Part shown: positions 37,801 through 47,438 of the stretch, piece after piece
Numbering within the stretch: the stretch's first letter is position 1
Layout of the letters: each line of letters opens with the position of its first letter
From: Methanobacteriota archaeon
Lineage (GTDB): Archaea > Thermoplasmatota > Poseidoniia > Poseidoniales > Thalassarchaeaceae
Reading direction: 5' to 3'
NCBI GenBank assembly: GCA_002722735.1
Contig: PBMR01000005.1
Coordinates: 74,402-138,401 of the forward strand
Length of the DNA: 64,000 bases
Translations under genes and position numbers: made by a program
The notes under the pieces: generated by a model
Seen by the model: the letters and a program-made list of their open reading frames with translations, nothing else
Told to the model about the DNA's origin: nothing
Databases searched by the model: none

Positions 37801-38399
37801 AGCTCTCACCGATTCGGGTTCGGGGCTTCATCGATCGAGTCGACATCCTGCCGATAGATGAGACCAGTCAAGAGTGGCTAGACTCCGATGGGGACGAGAG
37901 CATCGCCCCACTCAGGGTCCACGGCTCGGGATGGAGGCCGCGTCGCCTAGTGGCGATAAGGGATCTCAAGACCTCTGAGAGCAAGGCTGCGAAGATACGA
38001 CATTTCGACGGACTGCTCGATGAACTCCAACTGGCACTGTACGCGAGGGCATGGGAGATTGCCCATCCCGGAGACCTAGTGGTCGCTGCTGGCATCTCCC
38101 TGTTCAGCCACTACACTGAGCACATGCTGGAGATGTCTACGCAGTACTCGACCTCGCACGAGAATCTTCAGATCGGAACTCGCACGGACATCACCACATC
38201 CCTGCACAGGTTCCCCGACGAGGCACCTTCTTCCCACAGCGACCACTTCCGGGCATGGCTCACACAGCGTCTAGCAGTGGCGCTGCGCGTCGCAGCTGGA
38301 GCCGCTGCTGGCAGGGTTCACCCGACTCCGTCATCTCGGGTGTGCGGTTACTGTCCGGTGAGGAATGTTTGCGAAGTCAGGACGGAGGCTGGTTTCTGA
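34812..38399 (+). CDS. AddB/RexB-like subunit of helicase-nuclease (degenerate helicase fold, C-terminal RecB-family nuclease with 4-Cys pattern)
   Basis: No Walker A seen. C-terminal nuclease motifs WLKCPRMGW ... FIDRVD ... AIRDLKTSES ... QLALYARAW ... CGYCPVRNVC (C...CxxCx5C). Its stop overlaps the start of the next gene. Confidence 0.65.
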   Translation: MLGDAMVSKTLVQVTCEEVPRGTIPGWLKEHISRQSLGPTESESDLSGRVLIVYPTEESRKQALAGMPSGQAIDSTLHHTIDSLKSSLIADLRLPRLLNTEGGFELVLHESCRREAARLAFPIINPLPEMRWGRGKTAALAELHSYLSRESMAVAWDGPGIPSFRTVIRQLENRLGGTHPDMASSRIIDGLNSGEKPFSLLDIDGIIMLDHPPEVPRSHIQIMLALSRHCPIHQLAHPGNFRLGHHGMSLLDQHPIEAQSDLPLWVPPHQPESTNPVQSVERLLLQREKHSFETAIWLTQERLEAGSSSHLIIVDPSLESNLPRWERGLKELGIPLPPSRQPVLTHSLGHWILALATLPHGPDAFSLEALRSLALQATLRPFNDPDTHPTEGRISPRADPDMLTHLARGEHVLGGPGALARWLQTISRPPISERDQFRKESTQWWLLCVADSLRPLLRGEDRTALDEVSRMGCHTGQGLPTLEPSASGDDWLLSILGMMDLESAMESCDGEGPTPAAVVQTVLRDLRELRSMQSSLGHSVSEMGPDWVEEFTSLTHSSSILSSASPISGRVRVLTPAAALGCSADTIILANLSSSSWDLSAPKMPFLGDEERHSLDLLRPDGPIRDARHQLEHLLAAAPEVLVLDSSLDDASPAAAPIREWAAAHDPDDDAEVICTEPEQPVSPRGLRQADGASLRNMLPSVRPPLNPSAISISMDSELQRDRERRQPIHADDDGYLAQDSAQHLLSIDRTDLIRRVPTGIEPPRSNDRWPVVGGLAAGGKRTPTIDPRPFSLLPTGADVSDSRHGHSTGAEQDVPVWSPSRLHYWLKCPRMGWLSNGLRAEQDELQPEDLDPRTHGELLHNVHHDLICQTLGFEIGTERSLGEGSSVSSVALSGMSENEIMRTALESLDSRAPWLDRTDAVSTHRLMVLTGMNREEWNQWLANPGPVPPLGRVGTIVRAESAVRHAAPVCLEWSMTDFDEAGIEISIPTDIAGGEELSPIRVRGFIDRVDILPIDETSQEWLDSDGDESIAPLRVHGSGWRPRRLVAIRDLKTSESKAAKIRHFDGLLDELQLALYARAWEIAHPGDLVVAAGISLFSHYTEHMLEMSTQYSTSHENLQIGTRTDITTSLHRFPDEAPSSHSDHFRAWLTQRLAVALRVAAGAAAGRVHPTPSSRVCGYCPVRNVCEVRTEAGF

Positions 38400-41300
38400 T
38401 GCGTCTGAATACCGCCCAACGTCTCGCACTCAATCTGGATGCACACATCGTCATCGACGCCGGCGCGGGTACCGGCAAGACTAGCACGATCATCGATCGT
38501 GTCATCGAGCATTACCTTACCGAGGACCAGAGAGCTACCCGCCTGCTCCCCAAGCCGGAGCGACCATCCAAACTGCAAGGAGGCATGATATCCGCCCCAG
38601 CGGCAGAACGCATAGACCTCAGGCAGTGGGGCGGACTGCTTCCGGGTGAAGTGGTGCTGCTGACTTTCACCAACCGCGCCGCTGACGAGATGCGGGACCG
38701 ACTGTGTCGAAGCATCGCCCGACTGCAGCCCGGTCCCACAGGAGATGATGGGACTCGGCGCAGCGACCCTAGAATCAGACACAAGGGATTCAGCGAACAG
38801 CTCCTGACCCTGCTTGAGGATGCGCCGATAGGAACCATCGACGCTTTCCTCAACCAACTAGTCTCGCCGTACCGTGGCATCCTCGGAGACGCCCTGAGCC
38901 GGGACAATATCTCGGACACCGGCAGGATATTGCTGGTGGAGTCCGCCCTGAATATCCTCTGGAGGTTGCCCAGCTCGATCTCCCACATCGGCGAGGCGGT
39001 CGATGCGGGTATCCCGGCCGAGATTGCCCCAGATGTGCTAGCAGCCAGAGACAGGATTGCACGACACTACTCGGGGCGGCACTCTGCATCTAGGGTGCTG
39101 CGCAGCCTAGTGGGAAGATCCGTGTTCATCGAGGAGGCAACTCGCAGGATGATGGATGGTGACAGCATCACCGCCGAGTTGCTGCACCAGCAGATTATGG
39201 CAACGGTAGATACCGCCGAGGTCGCTGAACACACGGCCGAGATCCATTCGATTGTACAGCGCTTCTGCGAGTTGGTAAGGGAGAATTCAGCGACCATGGC
39301 TCTATCCGGCTGGCCAGCCGATTCTAGGATGGCCTGTTTGGATGCCCTTAGCAGCGAGGGGCCGCCTGAAGACGCATGGGGGCAGTTGACGTGGCTGAGC
39401 CACATCCTAGTCTGCACCCTCAATTCATCAGCCCTGATGAAGAGCAGTCTGGCTTTCTTTCCCCACGCTCACCTTCCTTCCGATTCATGGGAGGCTGGAA
39501 TAGAGAAGTACTCGAAGATACCAGACGCGGGCACTAAGGCACGCGTCAAGGCCGAGATTACTGGCATAGCAACCGACCTCAGATCCGCTTGGTCCTCCGA
39601 CGGCGGCAGACTGATGCTGCACTTCACGCGGGTCGCTCTGCTGCTCAGCGACACGACTCCCCCCTCCTCGCCCGCCGATTGGACCCCTCCCCTCTCTCCG
39701 CTCCCGGTTCCTCTGCCTGAGCGACTCGATACCCCCGCTTCCAGTCACCACTTCACCCTCGATGCCGAGGTGCGTAATCTGCAGGACCTGTATCTCGCTC
39801 ACCGAGGCTTCCAAGGCATCATACAGAAGCTCAAGGAGCGTGATGAGGTCCATGACTTCGACGATATTCAGAGACTAGCGGGCGACCTTCTTCTGGCTAA
39901 CTGCCCCTCCACCTGCAGATCGTTCTATCCCTCGTTGATGCAGGATGCACTCGACTCTATGACGGACAACCCATGGCGCGATGACCACATCAATTCGGCG
40001 TTTGCAGTCCTCGAGTGGCTGGAGGCCGACCCCAGCAGAGCCGGGGAGGCAGCTTCGAGTCTCAGCGCCATTCGTACCGACCTCGAGAGCAGGCTGGATC
40101 TGCTGAGGACAATCAGGAGACGCTATCGGGCCTTCATCATCGACGAGGCCCAGGACAACTCACCGCTGCAGTGGAGACTACTCTCGAGGTTGTGGGGAGA
40201 GAGGCGCGTGGACGAGGGTGAGCCGAGCGCCCCTGACACCCCTTGGCAGCCAACGGTCTGCTACGTGGGAGACGTCAAGCAGAGCATCTATGCATTCAGG
40301 CAGGCAGAGGTCACCGGCTTCCTCGAGTTCGCGAGGCAGCTGATGATGGTGAACGACCACGAACTGGCCAGCATCGACGAACTGACTCGCAAGCCAGCGC
40401 TCAGGAGCGAAGCCCGGAGCCGAGACCCGAGGAACGCACACACCCTGACCATCGCAACGGCCACCGAGCACATGGAGCAGGGAGGGAGGGACCTTGTTTC
40501 TTGGATTCCCTTCGATGCGACCGATCGCGATCTACCCGTACCAAGCGGGACCGAGGTCGAGAATCGCAGGAGGGGGCTAATCGCCTTGCAGGTGAACTAT
40601 CGCACAAGTGGGGGCCTTCTTAGAGCGATGAACGAGTGGTGGGAGGACGTATTCTCGGTCAGGCACCGACTCTTTCCCAACGGCGACTTCTATGCAACTC
40701 CCCAGATGCTGTTCGCATGCCCCGACAAGCGCAACTCCCCCGGAGCCATCGAGTGGATATGCCCGTTGAGCACCGGGGGAGAATTCAATCCTCCCACCGA
40801 TTTGACCACGCACTTGGACCCGTTCGGTGCGGGCAAACCCAATTCTCTCGAGCGCCAGGCCCTGCTGATAGCCCGACGCGTTGGCAGCCTAATCGATGGC
40901 TCTCCGGTCAGAGTCAGATCAGCAGACGGCGAGTGGCGCCAAATGGACGCCGAAGACCCCGTTGCGCCCAATGAAATAATGATACTGCTCCCCACTAGGC
41001 CGAATATCAGGGACACCGTCATCAGGCATCTCCACGATAATGGAATCCCGGCTCAGGCCGACCGGGCGGGAGGGTTACTGGGCCGGCCGGCCGCACACGC
41101 CATCGAGGGGCTGCTGCAGTTCGTTGCGAGACCCAGGTCGCGTCATCACGCTTCTTGGGTAGCCCGCTCTGTCCTGATTGGCATGGACGACGCCCAGTTG
41201 CAGGATTACATCGGAGGCTCACGGCGAGGAGAAGACCTCCTGTCCCGATTGGTAGGACACTGCTCGAGCGAGCGCCAGCGGGCTCTTGTCGAGAGGTGGA

Positions 41301-43315
41301 GTCACCTGTCTCGGGCGGGCCGCCTAATCGACCTGTTGGACGAGACCATAGACGGGTCTGACTTACTCACTGCCTACCCCGATCCCGTATCGCGTCAGGA
41401 CGTTGAGCAGATTGCCGATGTCATCAGGACGCTGGCCGCTGAGGTTGGAGGCGACGCGATGGTACTAGCGGACAGGATTCGCGACCTCAGGGAGCGCAGT
41501 TCCGATGCCCTCGAGGCCATCACCGTCCCACCAGGAGATGCAGTCAGGGTGATGACGATACACAGTGCTAAGGGACTAGAGGCCAAGGTGGTGGTACTGG
41601 CCGACGTCTTCTCCAACAGGCAGACCAACATGAGGAACGAGGATCTCAGCCGCCTTATAGTGAGCCCCGAGCTCTTCGCTGGAAATCCCAAGCCGTGGTC
41701 CAGCGACTCCTCACCGCACTCCGCGATGTGGTCTCACGTCCGGGTGCTACACCAAACCCGCAAGGATGCTGAGGCTCGTAGGCTGCTGTACGTGGGAGCC
41801 ACTCGCGCAGAAGAGAGACTGATCGTAGTCGGCTCGAACAGAGGGACGGAGTGGGCCGAGGGAGAAGGTCTGCGAATGCCTTGGGCCTATGACAAGAAGA
41901 CTCCCCAACTGGGCCAGATGTGGATCGAATCGCTGCGACAAGGCTCGGCGAGGAGGGCTGAGACCGCATCGCCGTGGCTGGACGAGGACGACGATGAGAG
42001 TGCCCCGGCCATCAGAACCAGGGGCCATCGAACCTTCGACCCCGCCAGAATGTCCTCAAACGCCTTTCTTGGCGGCGACGCCACTCTCCCGGGCATGCTG
42101 GTGCTCCATCACCCAGACTGCTTCGGGGATGCTGACGAATCTCCCGTGCCGACTCCGTTGCAGCGCATCGAGAGACTGGATGACGCCACCCGCTACACGA
42201 CCGTGGCCGAGGACCCTCCTGAGCCTCGGCAGGACTCGGCCACCAGAATCAGAATCTCTCCGAGCAGGCTCCCAGTGTTCCAAGAGTGCCAACGCCGACA
42301 GTGGTTTGAGACCAGAGGCGGACTGAGCCCGGAGCCGATAGCCCACGGCGGGCAAGCACATTCCACAAAGGGGATGCCAGACAACGTGGACCCTGCGACT
42401 CTCGGCACTGTCTTCCACAGGATTCTGGAGATAGGAATCGGCAACCCCGGTCTCGACGGCGAGCCGGCGAGCTCACCTCTTCCAGCATCGTGGACAGAAC
42501 ACAGGGAGGACCACCTGTCAGATTCCGAGACTCATTCCACGGTGTTCACAGAGCTCCTTTCGCCCGACGCCGACCTCGACCGAACCCGCCTTCTGGTTGA
42601 GGGCATGGCAGAGCGCATCGGCTCTGGCCCTCTAGGCAGGATGGTGGAGCGCCAGCCGGTGAACGGCCACAGGCTCGAGGGACTCAGAACAGAGATGCCG
42701 TTCCACATCGCCCTAGATGTTGAGACCACAGGCTCGGTCAGGCAGCGTTGGAGTCCCGAAGGCCCCGAGTCTCTAGCGAGCATGGATCGAGCCATAATCG
42801 AGATGAGCGGGATCATCGACCTTGTTCTATGCACAGCAACCTCCAACGGCGAATCTACCATCCGTGCAGTTGACCTGAAGACCGAGGACGCTGGAATGAT
42901 CGATCATGGCTCATCCGAGGGATTCCTCAAGGCCCTCGACTCGGAGGACATCGGGCCCGCTTGCGAAGCCGAGTTCGAGATACTGAGCAAGCACCGCATG
43001 CAACTGGCCCTGTACTACAGAGCGTTGCAGAGCATGGAGGCTGCGAGAGAGGCGGCCGATCTGAGCCACAGGACCGTGCTGCCGCCTGCCATACTGGTCG
43101 GAGTAACTGGCAGGATGGTCGAGTACCCCAGAGAGATGCTAGACCGAGCATCACAGGAGTTGGAAGGGCTGCTCGTCAGGACCGCTGGCATGGCTCTGGC
43201 CTCTGAGGCTCCGCTGTCAGATTTTGACAGACTCCCCTCGGAGGCCGCTCACATCTGCGAGACCTGCCCTTTCCATCGTGGCGCACTGCCCATATGCGGT
43301 CCTTCGGAGTGGTGA
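38399..43315 (+). CDS. AddA/RecB-like UvrD-family helicase with C-terminal PD-(D/E)xK nuclease
   Basis: SF1 motifs: I DAGAGTGKT, II FIIDEAQDNSPLQW, III VGDVKQSIYAFRQAEV, IV VNYRTSGGLL, V TIHSAKGLEAKVVVL, VI RRLLYVGATRAEERL. Nuclease: ECQRRQWF...GIIDLV...VDLKTED...QLALYYRAL...CETCPFHRGALPIC. ATG 38399 overlaps the TGA of the upstream gene. Confidence 0.85.
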   Translation: MRLNTAQRLALNLDAHIVIDAGAGTGKTSTIIDRVIEHYLTEDQRATRLLPKPERPSKLQGGMISAPAAERIDLRQWGGLLPGEVVLLTFTNRAADEMRDRLCRSIARLQPGPTGDDGTRRSDPRIRHKGFSEQLLTLLEDAPIGTIDAFLNQLVSPYRGILGDALSRDNISDTGRILLVESALNILWRLPSSISHIGEAVDAGIPAEIAPDVLAARDRIARHYSGRHSASRVLRSLVGRSVFIEEATRRMMDGDSITAELLHQQIMATVDTAEVAEHTAEIHSIVQRFCELVRENSATMALSGWPADSRMACLDALSSEGPPEDAWGQLTWLSHILVCTLNSSALMKSSLAFFPHAHLPSDSWEAGIEKYSKIPDAGTKARVKAEITGIATDLRSAWSSDGGRLMLHFTRVALLLSDTTPPSSPADWTPPLSPLPVPLPERLDTPASSHHFTLDAEVRNLQDLYLAHRGFQGIIQKLKERDEVHDFDDIQRLAGDLLLANCPSTCRSFYPSLMQDALDSMTDNPWRDDHINSAFAVLEWLEADPSRAGEAASSLSAIRTDLESRLDLLRTIRRRYRAFIIDEAQDNSPLQWRLLSRLWGERRVDEGEPSAPDTPWQPTVCYVGDVKQSIYAFRQAEVTGFLEFARQLMMVNDHELASIDELTRKPALRSEARSRDPRNAHTLTIATATEHMEQGGRDLVSWIPFDATDRDLPVPSGTEVENRRRGLIALQVNYRTSGGLLRAMNEWWEDVFSVRHRLFPNGDFYATPQMLFACPDKRNSPGAIEWICPLSTGGEFNPPTDLTTHLDPFGAGKPNSLERQALLIARRVGSLIDGSPVRVRSADGEWRQMDAEDPVAPNEIMILLPTRPNIRDTVIRHLHDNGIPAQADRAGGLLGRPAAHAIEGLLQFVARPRSRHHASWVARSVLIGMDDAQLQDYIGGSRRGEDLLSRLVGHCSSERQRALVERWSHLSRAGRLIDLLDETIDGSDLLTAYPDPVSRQDVEQIADVIRTLAAEVGGDAMVLADRIRDLRERSSDALEAITVPPGDAVRVMTIHSAKGLEAKVVVLADVFSNRQTNMRNEDLSRLIVSPELFAGNPKPWSSDSSPHSAMWSHVRVLHQTRKDAEARRLLYVGATRAEERLIVVGSNRGTEWAEGEGLRMPWAYDKKTPQLGQMWIESLRQGSARRAETASPWLDEDDDESAPAIRTRGHRTFDPARMSSNAFLGGDATLPGMLVLHHPDCFGDADESPVPTPLQRIERLDDATRYTTVAEDPPEPRQDSATRIRISPSRLPVFQECQRRQWFETRGGLSPEPIAHGGQAHSTKGMPDNVDPATLGTVFHRILEIGIGNPGLDGEPASSPLPASWTEHREDHLSDSETHSTVFTELLSPDADLDRTRLLVEGMAERIGSGPLGRMVERQPVNGHRLEGLRTEMPFHIALDVETTGSVRQRWSPEGPESLASMDRAIIEMSGIIDLVLCTATSNGESTIRAVDLKTEDAGMIDHGSSEGFLKALDSEDIGPACEAEFEILSKHRMQLALYYRALQSMEAAREAADLSHRTVLPPAILVGVTGRMVEYPREMLDRASQELEGLLVRTAGMALASEAPLSDFDRLPSEAAHICETCPFHRGALPICGPSEW

Positions 43316-43359
43316 ATGCTCAGCGAAGACTCCATGTGCTGAGGACCTCACACAAGTCC

Positions 43360-44781
43360 ATGGAACTAGACCTCGATGCTCTCGCCCAGCGCAGTGACGA
43401 GTTGTGGGAGGAATCAATACTCCCCAGTCTGTCCGATTTCATCGAAATTAAGGCCCTCTCTCCGCTCTTCGAACCAAATTGGGAAGCTCTTGGAGAGTTG
43501 GACGCTACTATAGATTTGTTTTGTGACTGGCTCGATAATCAGCCCATATCGGGGATGAGTTACGAAACCCACCGAATAGAGGACAAATCACCCGTTCTTC
43601 TGGTTACAATCGAAGGCACGGGCCCGGGAGAAGCCATCTTCTACTCCCATCTCGACAAGCAACCCTCCAAGCCCGATCTCTGGTCCGAAGGACTCCATCC
43701 GCTGAAGGCTGTGCGCAGGGACCCTTGGCTATTCGGCAGGGGATCAATAGATGACGGGTACGGAGGTTACCTCTGCGTGACCTCTATCCGCTTGCTTCAG
43801 GAGGCAGGAATCCCTCACCCGCGCTGCGTCTTCCTCATCGAGACTTGCGAGGAATCGGGCTCCTTCGACCTACCGCCGTATCTAGATGCCCTCTCCGAGC
43901 AATTAGGCGACCCGAACATAATCGTGGTCTTGGACAGCGGAGGCCCTGACTATGAGCACATCTGGATGACAGAGGCCCTCAGGGGCTTGGTCTCTGGCAC
44001 GCTATCGGTCCGTGTTTCGAACGAGGGAATTCACTCCGGCACCTCAGGCGGCTCGATCCCCTCCTCCTTCAGGATTCAGAGGATGCTTCTCGACAGAGTC
44101 GAGGACTCCACTACGGGCGAGGTACTGATTCCAGAGATGCATGCCGAGATCGGCTCCGATATTCGTGATAAGGCGGAGGCATTGGCCGAGGTCGTTGGGG
44201 ACAGCGTGTGGAACCAACTTCCCACTGTGGATACCCTAGTCCGAGTGGCGGACTCGACAGAGGACATGATTATCGCGATGAATTGGCAGCCCACTCTATC
44301 GATAATCGGTGCCGACGGCATGCCCCCAGTCCAGGTTGCTGGCAACGTCTTGCGCACCAATACTGACCTGAAACTCAGTTTCCGAATCCCCCCAGGCGTC
44401 GACTCCGAATCTGTGTTGGCCACGGCCAAGGAGATTCTCGAGGCGAATCCCCCCTACGGTGCGGAGATCTCCTTCACCTCGGACTCCTGTGCAGATGGCT
44501 TCCATGCCCCCCCTCTGGAGGGAAAGGTCAACAAAGCCATTCACGAAGCCTCAATGCAGCTTACTGGTTTGCCACCCCTAGTCTCTTGGACCGGTGGCAC
44601 GATTCCGTTCATGGCAATGATGCAGGGCAAGTATCCGGATGCCAACTTCCTGTGTACGGGCGCTTCCGGACCGGGTAACAATGCCCACGGCCCTGACGAG
44701 AAGATGCATATCCCCTCGTCGAAGAGGCTTACTGCGGTCCTCTCTGCTACTATTGCAGCGGTTTCCGAAGACTCCGGATAA
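43360..44781 (+). CDS. M20-family metallopeptidase (dipeptidase/desuccinylase-like)
   Basis: YSHLDKQP...GRGSIDDGYGGY...ETCEESGS...NAHGPDEKMHI are the metal and catalytic segments of the M20 family. Confidence 0.8.
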   Translation: MELDLDALAQRSDELWEESILPSLSDFIEIKALSPLFEPNWEALGELDATIDLFCDWLDNQPISGMSYETHRIEDKSPVLLVTIEGTGPGEAIFYSHLDKQPSKPDLWSEGLHPLKAVRRDPWLFGRGSIDDGYGGYLCVTSIRLLQEAGIPHPRCVFLIETCEESGSFDLPPYLDALSEQLGDPNIIVVLDSGGPDYEHIWMTEALRGLVSGTLSVRVSNEGIHSGTSGGSIPSSFRIQRMLLDRVEDSTTGEVLIPEMHAEIGSDIRDKAEALAEVVGDSVWNQLPTVDTLVRVADSTEDMIIAMNWQPTLSIIGADGMPPVQVAGNVLRTNTDLKLSFRIPPGVDSESVLATAKEILEANPPYGAEISFTSDSCADGFHAPPLEGKVNKAIHEASMQLTGLPPLVSWTGGTIPFMAMMQGKYPDANFLCTGASGPGNNAHGPDEKMHIPSSKRLTAVLSATIAAVSEDSG

Positions 44782-44844
44782 CTGGTTTGCATCTGTTTAT
44801 ATTGCCGCCGGGGTTATATCGGGGGCACTTGTGGATGATGAGAG

Positions 44845-45474
44845 ATGATGGGCGAAGGAGATCAACCAAACGCCTCGCCGGAAGACCACATCCGTCAGTT
44901 GGAAGAGCAGGCCAAGAAGGACGAGGAAGCCCTCCAGAAGTTGCTACAGGCCTACAAGGGCGCCGAGACGGACCTTGAGGCGATGAAAAATGAGATCGCG
45001 GCCCGTGAGGAAGAAATAGTCGAGATGATGACCACCAAGGCTGGACTCGACACCCTGCTTGGCAACTTACGCACAGAGAAGGACGAGATGGAAGTCAAAT
45101 TGGCCAAAGCTGATGCGAAGATGCCCTATCTCGAGAATAAGTTGCAGAAGACCGAAGAGATGCTGCGTGTCGAGGAGGCCCGGACTGGGCGAATCATGGA
45201 CGTGGCGGAGGAGATACACGAAGAGAGGGAGGCCGCGGTGGCCGAGTTGGCCGCTCGCGACGACTGGTACGTCCAGCACATGCAGGTTTTCGAGGATCTC
45301 AACAAGGCCATTCATACCAGGTATGACATGATTGACCGTGCGGTAGCAGCCGCCAAGGAGTTGGCAGCCCAGACCGATACCTTCCGAGAGATGAGGGAAT
45401 CGGTCATCGAGGCAATCAAGGACAAGGAAGAAGAAAAGGCCGACGAGGAAGAAGCCGCCGAAGAGGAAGGCTGA
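44845..45474 (+). CDS. Acidic coiled-coil protein, function unknown
   Basis: Heptad-like E/K-rich sequence with an acidic tail EEEKADEEEAAEEEG. TATA-like tttatatt lies about 35 nt upstream. Confidence 0.55.
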   Translation: MMGEGDQPNASPEDHIRQLEEQAKKDEEALQKLLQAYKGAETDLEAMKNEIAAREEEIVEMMTTKAGLDTLLGNLRTEKDEMEVKLAKADAKMPYLENKLQKTEEMLRVEEARTGRIMDVAEEIHEEREAAVAELAARDDWYVQHMQVFEDLNKAIHTRYDMIDRAVAAAKELAAQTDTFREMRESVIEAIKDKEEEKADEEEAAEEEG

Positions 45475-45496
45475 CCCACCCAAAGATGACCACTCA

Positions 45497-47329
45497 TCAC
45501 AAGACGTGCCCTGCTTCCAAATCAGCCTGTCTAGCTACTTCGACTCCTTCTTCGAGGTCAACGAGAAAGAATAGTGACCATCCCAACAGGATGACTACGA
45601 CGACGCTTACGATAGCCATCCTGCTTCCCATGGTCGCTGCGAATATCGCGTAGACTATCGGTCCGAAGACCGCCGCAGCCTTGCCGATGAAGCCAAAGAA
45701 ACCGAAGAATTCGGTGGTTCTAGAGGCGGGGATTAGCATGGTGAACATGCTCCTAGCCTGAGCTCCCGCAGTGCCCATGACAATCCCGACCATCATTCCA
45801 AGCAGAATCCACTGTAGGCTGACCCCGAAGTCGAGGGGCTGCCAGACGTTGTCTCTGAGGAGGTTCGGCCACCAGTCGACCAAACCACCCTCGATAATGG
45901 TCGGGTGTTCCTGGCCGACGGAACTAATGCCATCCAAATCCCCTCCTTCGAAGGAGAAAGAGAACCTGTGATCAGTCATTCCAATCATAGCCTCTGATAG
46001 AGAGGTCGCCTCTTCGATGGGGATGGACTGCTTGACTACGTCATCTTCGCTCCAACGTCCTCCCTCGGAAAACGAGTTGAACATGTAGGCGAAGAAGGCG
46101 TCTCTGAAACCCTCGTCACCCTCGCCAGACTTACTTATCCACCCCTTGACTCCCTTGTCATACAGGGTCGTGAGTTCGTATTCCCCGATCTCTTCGTCGT
46201 AGTCGTACTGGAAGTCGTAGCGTTCGTGATCGTCAGCCAGTTCGAGGGGTGCGAAGCCGACCGCCAGCAAGGCGACAACCGAATAGACGCCAAGGGCCCA
46301 TCCAAGCACCCTCTTGGTGCCATACCGATCCGCCAGCTTGCCACCAAACACGGTCATTGGAATGGCAGTGATCTCAACAGTGAGCAGCAGTACGAAATTC
46401 ATGGCCGGGTTGAGCCTGAGCACCGAGTCGCCGAAGGCCGTGGCCATGCTGTTGATGGTGTTGATCCCGTCGTAGAATAGGAGGTACGAGGCCAAGAAAA
46501 TGGCCAAGACCTTGAACTTCCTGACCTCACCGAAGGTCTTCCTGACCTCCCTGATTCCATCCGCAGCGGCTTCGCTCATCGAATGGTATTGTGTGGGTTT
46601 GGGAATCTGCGGCTCGGGAGTATTTCGGAACAGCGGCAATCCGAATCCTAGCCACCACAAGGCGCTCGTGACGAAAACGAAGGTCAGGATCCATGGGCTC
46701 CACCTAGTGGTCATCCCGAAGAAGCCGGTCTCGCCGACTATTAGGTGGACGACCATAATCAACGACCCTCCTGCATATCCGTAGGCGAACCCCCAGCTCG
46801 AGACGTGATCCATAACCCTGCGATCAGCTAGGTAGGGCATGAAAGCGTAGTAGATCACATTACCACCGGCGAAGCCAATGTTCCCAATCACTAGGCAGAC
46901 AGCTAGGAACTTGTAACTCGAATCACCCTCTATGTGGGGGGCAACACCCATCAGAGCGGTGAAAGCAACCCCGACTAACGTGTAAATCCAGAGAATCTTC
47001 TTCTTAATCGGCATCCGGTCGGCTATGGCTCCTAGAAACGGGCTGATGATGGCGACGAAGATGCTCGAGGACGCTAGAATAACGGCATAGAAAGTGTCCC
47101 CGGTGATTTTTACGCTCCCGTATTCCGCACCACCTCCGGTGGCTAGCTCGAACATGTTGGATAACAGCGCGGGAACGACTACGGTGATGACCGTCAGCGC
47201 GAATGCCTGATTCGCCCAATCATACCAATACCAACTGTTCAGCGCTTTCTTCGATTCAGGATCCATCTCGTCGACGATCTTCCTGACCAGTTGGTAGTGC
47301 TCCAAATCAGATTCTCTTTCAGTGGGCAC
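45497..47329 (-). CDS. MFS transporter, UMF1/Atg22-like, with a large soluble loop insertion
   Basis: N-terminal SWYWYDWANQAFALTVITVVVPALL is typical of UMF1. About 12 TM helices. Acidic insert of about 110 aa (YDFQYDYDEEIGEYE...). Confidence 0.75.
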   Translation of the reverse strand: MPTERESDLEHYQLVRKIVDEMDPESKKALNSWYWYDWANQAFALTVITVVVPALLSNMFELATGGGAEYGSVKITGDTFYAVILASSSIFVAIISPFLGAIADRMPIKKKILWIYTLVGVAFTALMGVAPHIEGDSSYKFLAVCLVIGNIGFAGGNVIYYAFMPYLADRRVMDHVSSWGFAYGYAGGSLIMVVHLIVGETGFFGMTTRWSPWILTFVFVTSALWWLGFGLPLFRNTPEPQIPKPTQYHSMSEAAADGIREVRKTFGEVRKFKVLAIFLASYLLFYDGINTINSMATAFGDSVLRLNPAMNFVLLLTVEITAIPMTVFGGKLADRYGTKRVLGWALGVYSVVALLAVGFAPLELADDHERYDFQYDYDEEIGEYELTTLYDKGVKGWISKSGEGDEGFRDAFFAYMFNSFSEGGRWSEDDVVKQSIPIEEATSLSEAMIGMTDHRFSFSFEGGDLDGISSVGQEHPTIIEGGLVDWWPNLLRDNVWQPLDFGVSLQWILLGMMVGIVMGTAGAQARSMFTMLIPASRTTEFFGFFGFIGKAAAVFGPIVYAIFAATMGSRMAIVSVVVVILLGWSLFFLVDLEEGVEVARQADLEAGHVL

Positions 47330-47438
47330 AGTCAGAACGGATGCGATATGATGCTTTAGTGTCGTCGACGATACCTAGTGTTGAAGAGGCGAGAAGCCCC
47401 CTCGGCAGGATGAAGTGCGAAACCAGAAAGGCGGTAGC

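Noticed and set aside
38255-38398. Longest-ORF start of the AddA-like gene at 38255
   Set aside because: It would overlap the upstream gene by 145 nt. ATG 38399 overlaps the upstream TGA, which is classic coupling, and precedes the conserved N-terminus (MRLNTAQRLAL...GAGTGKT).
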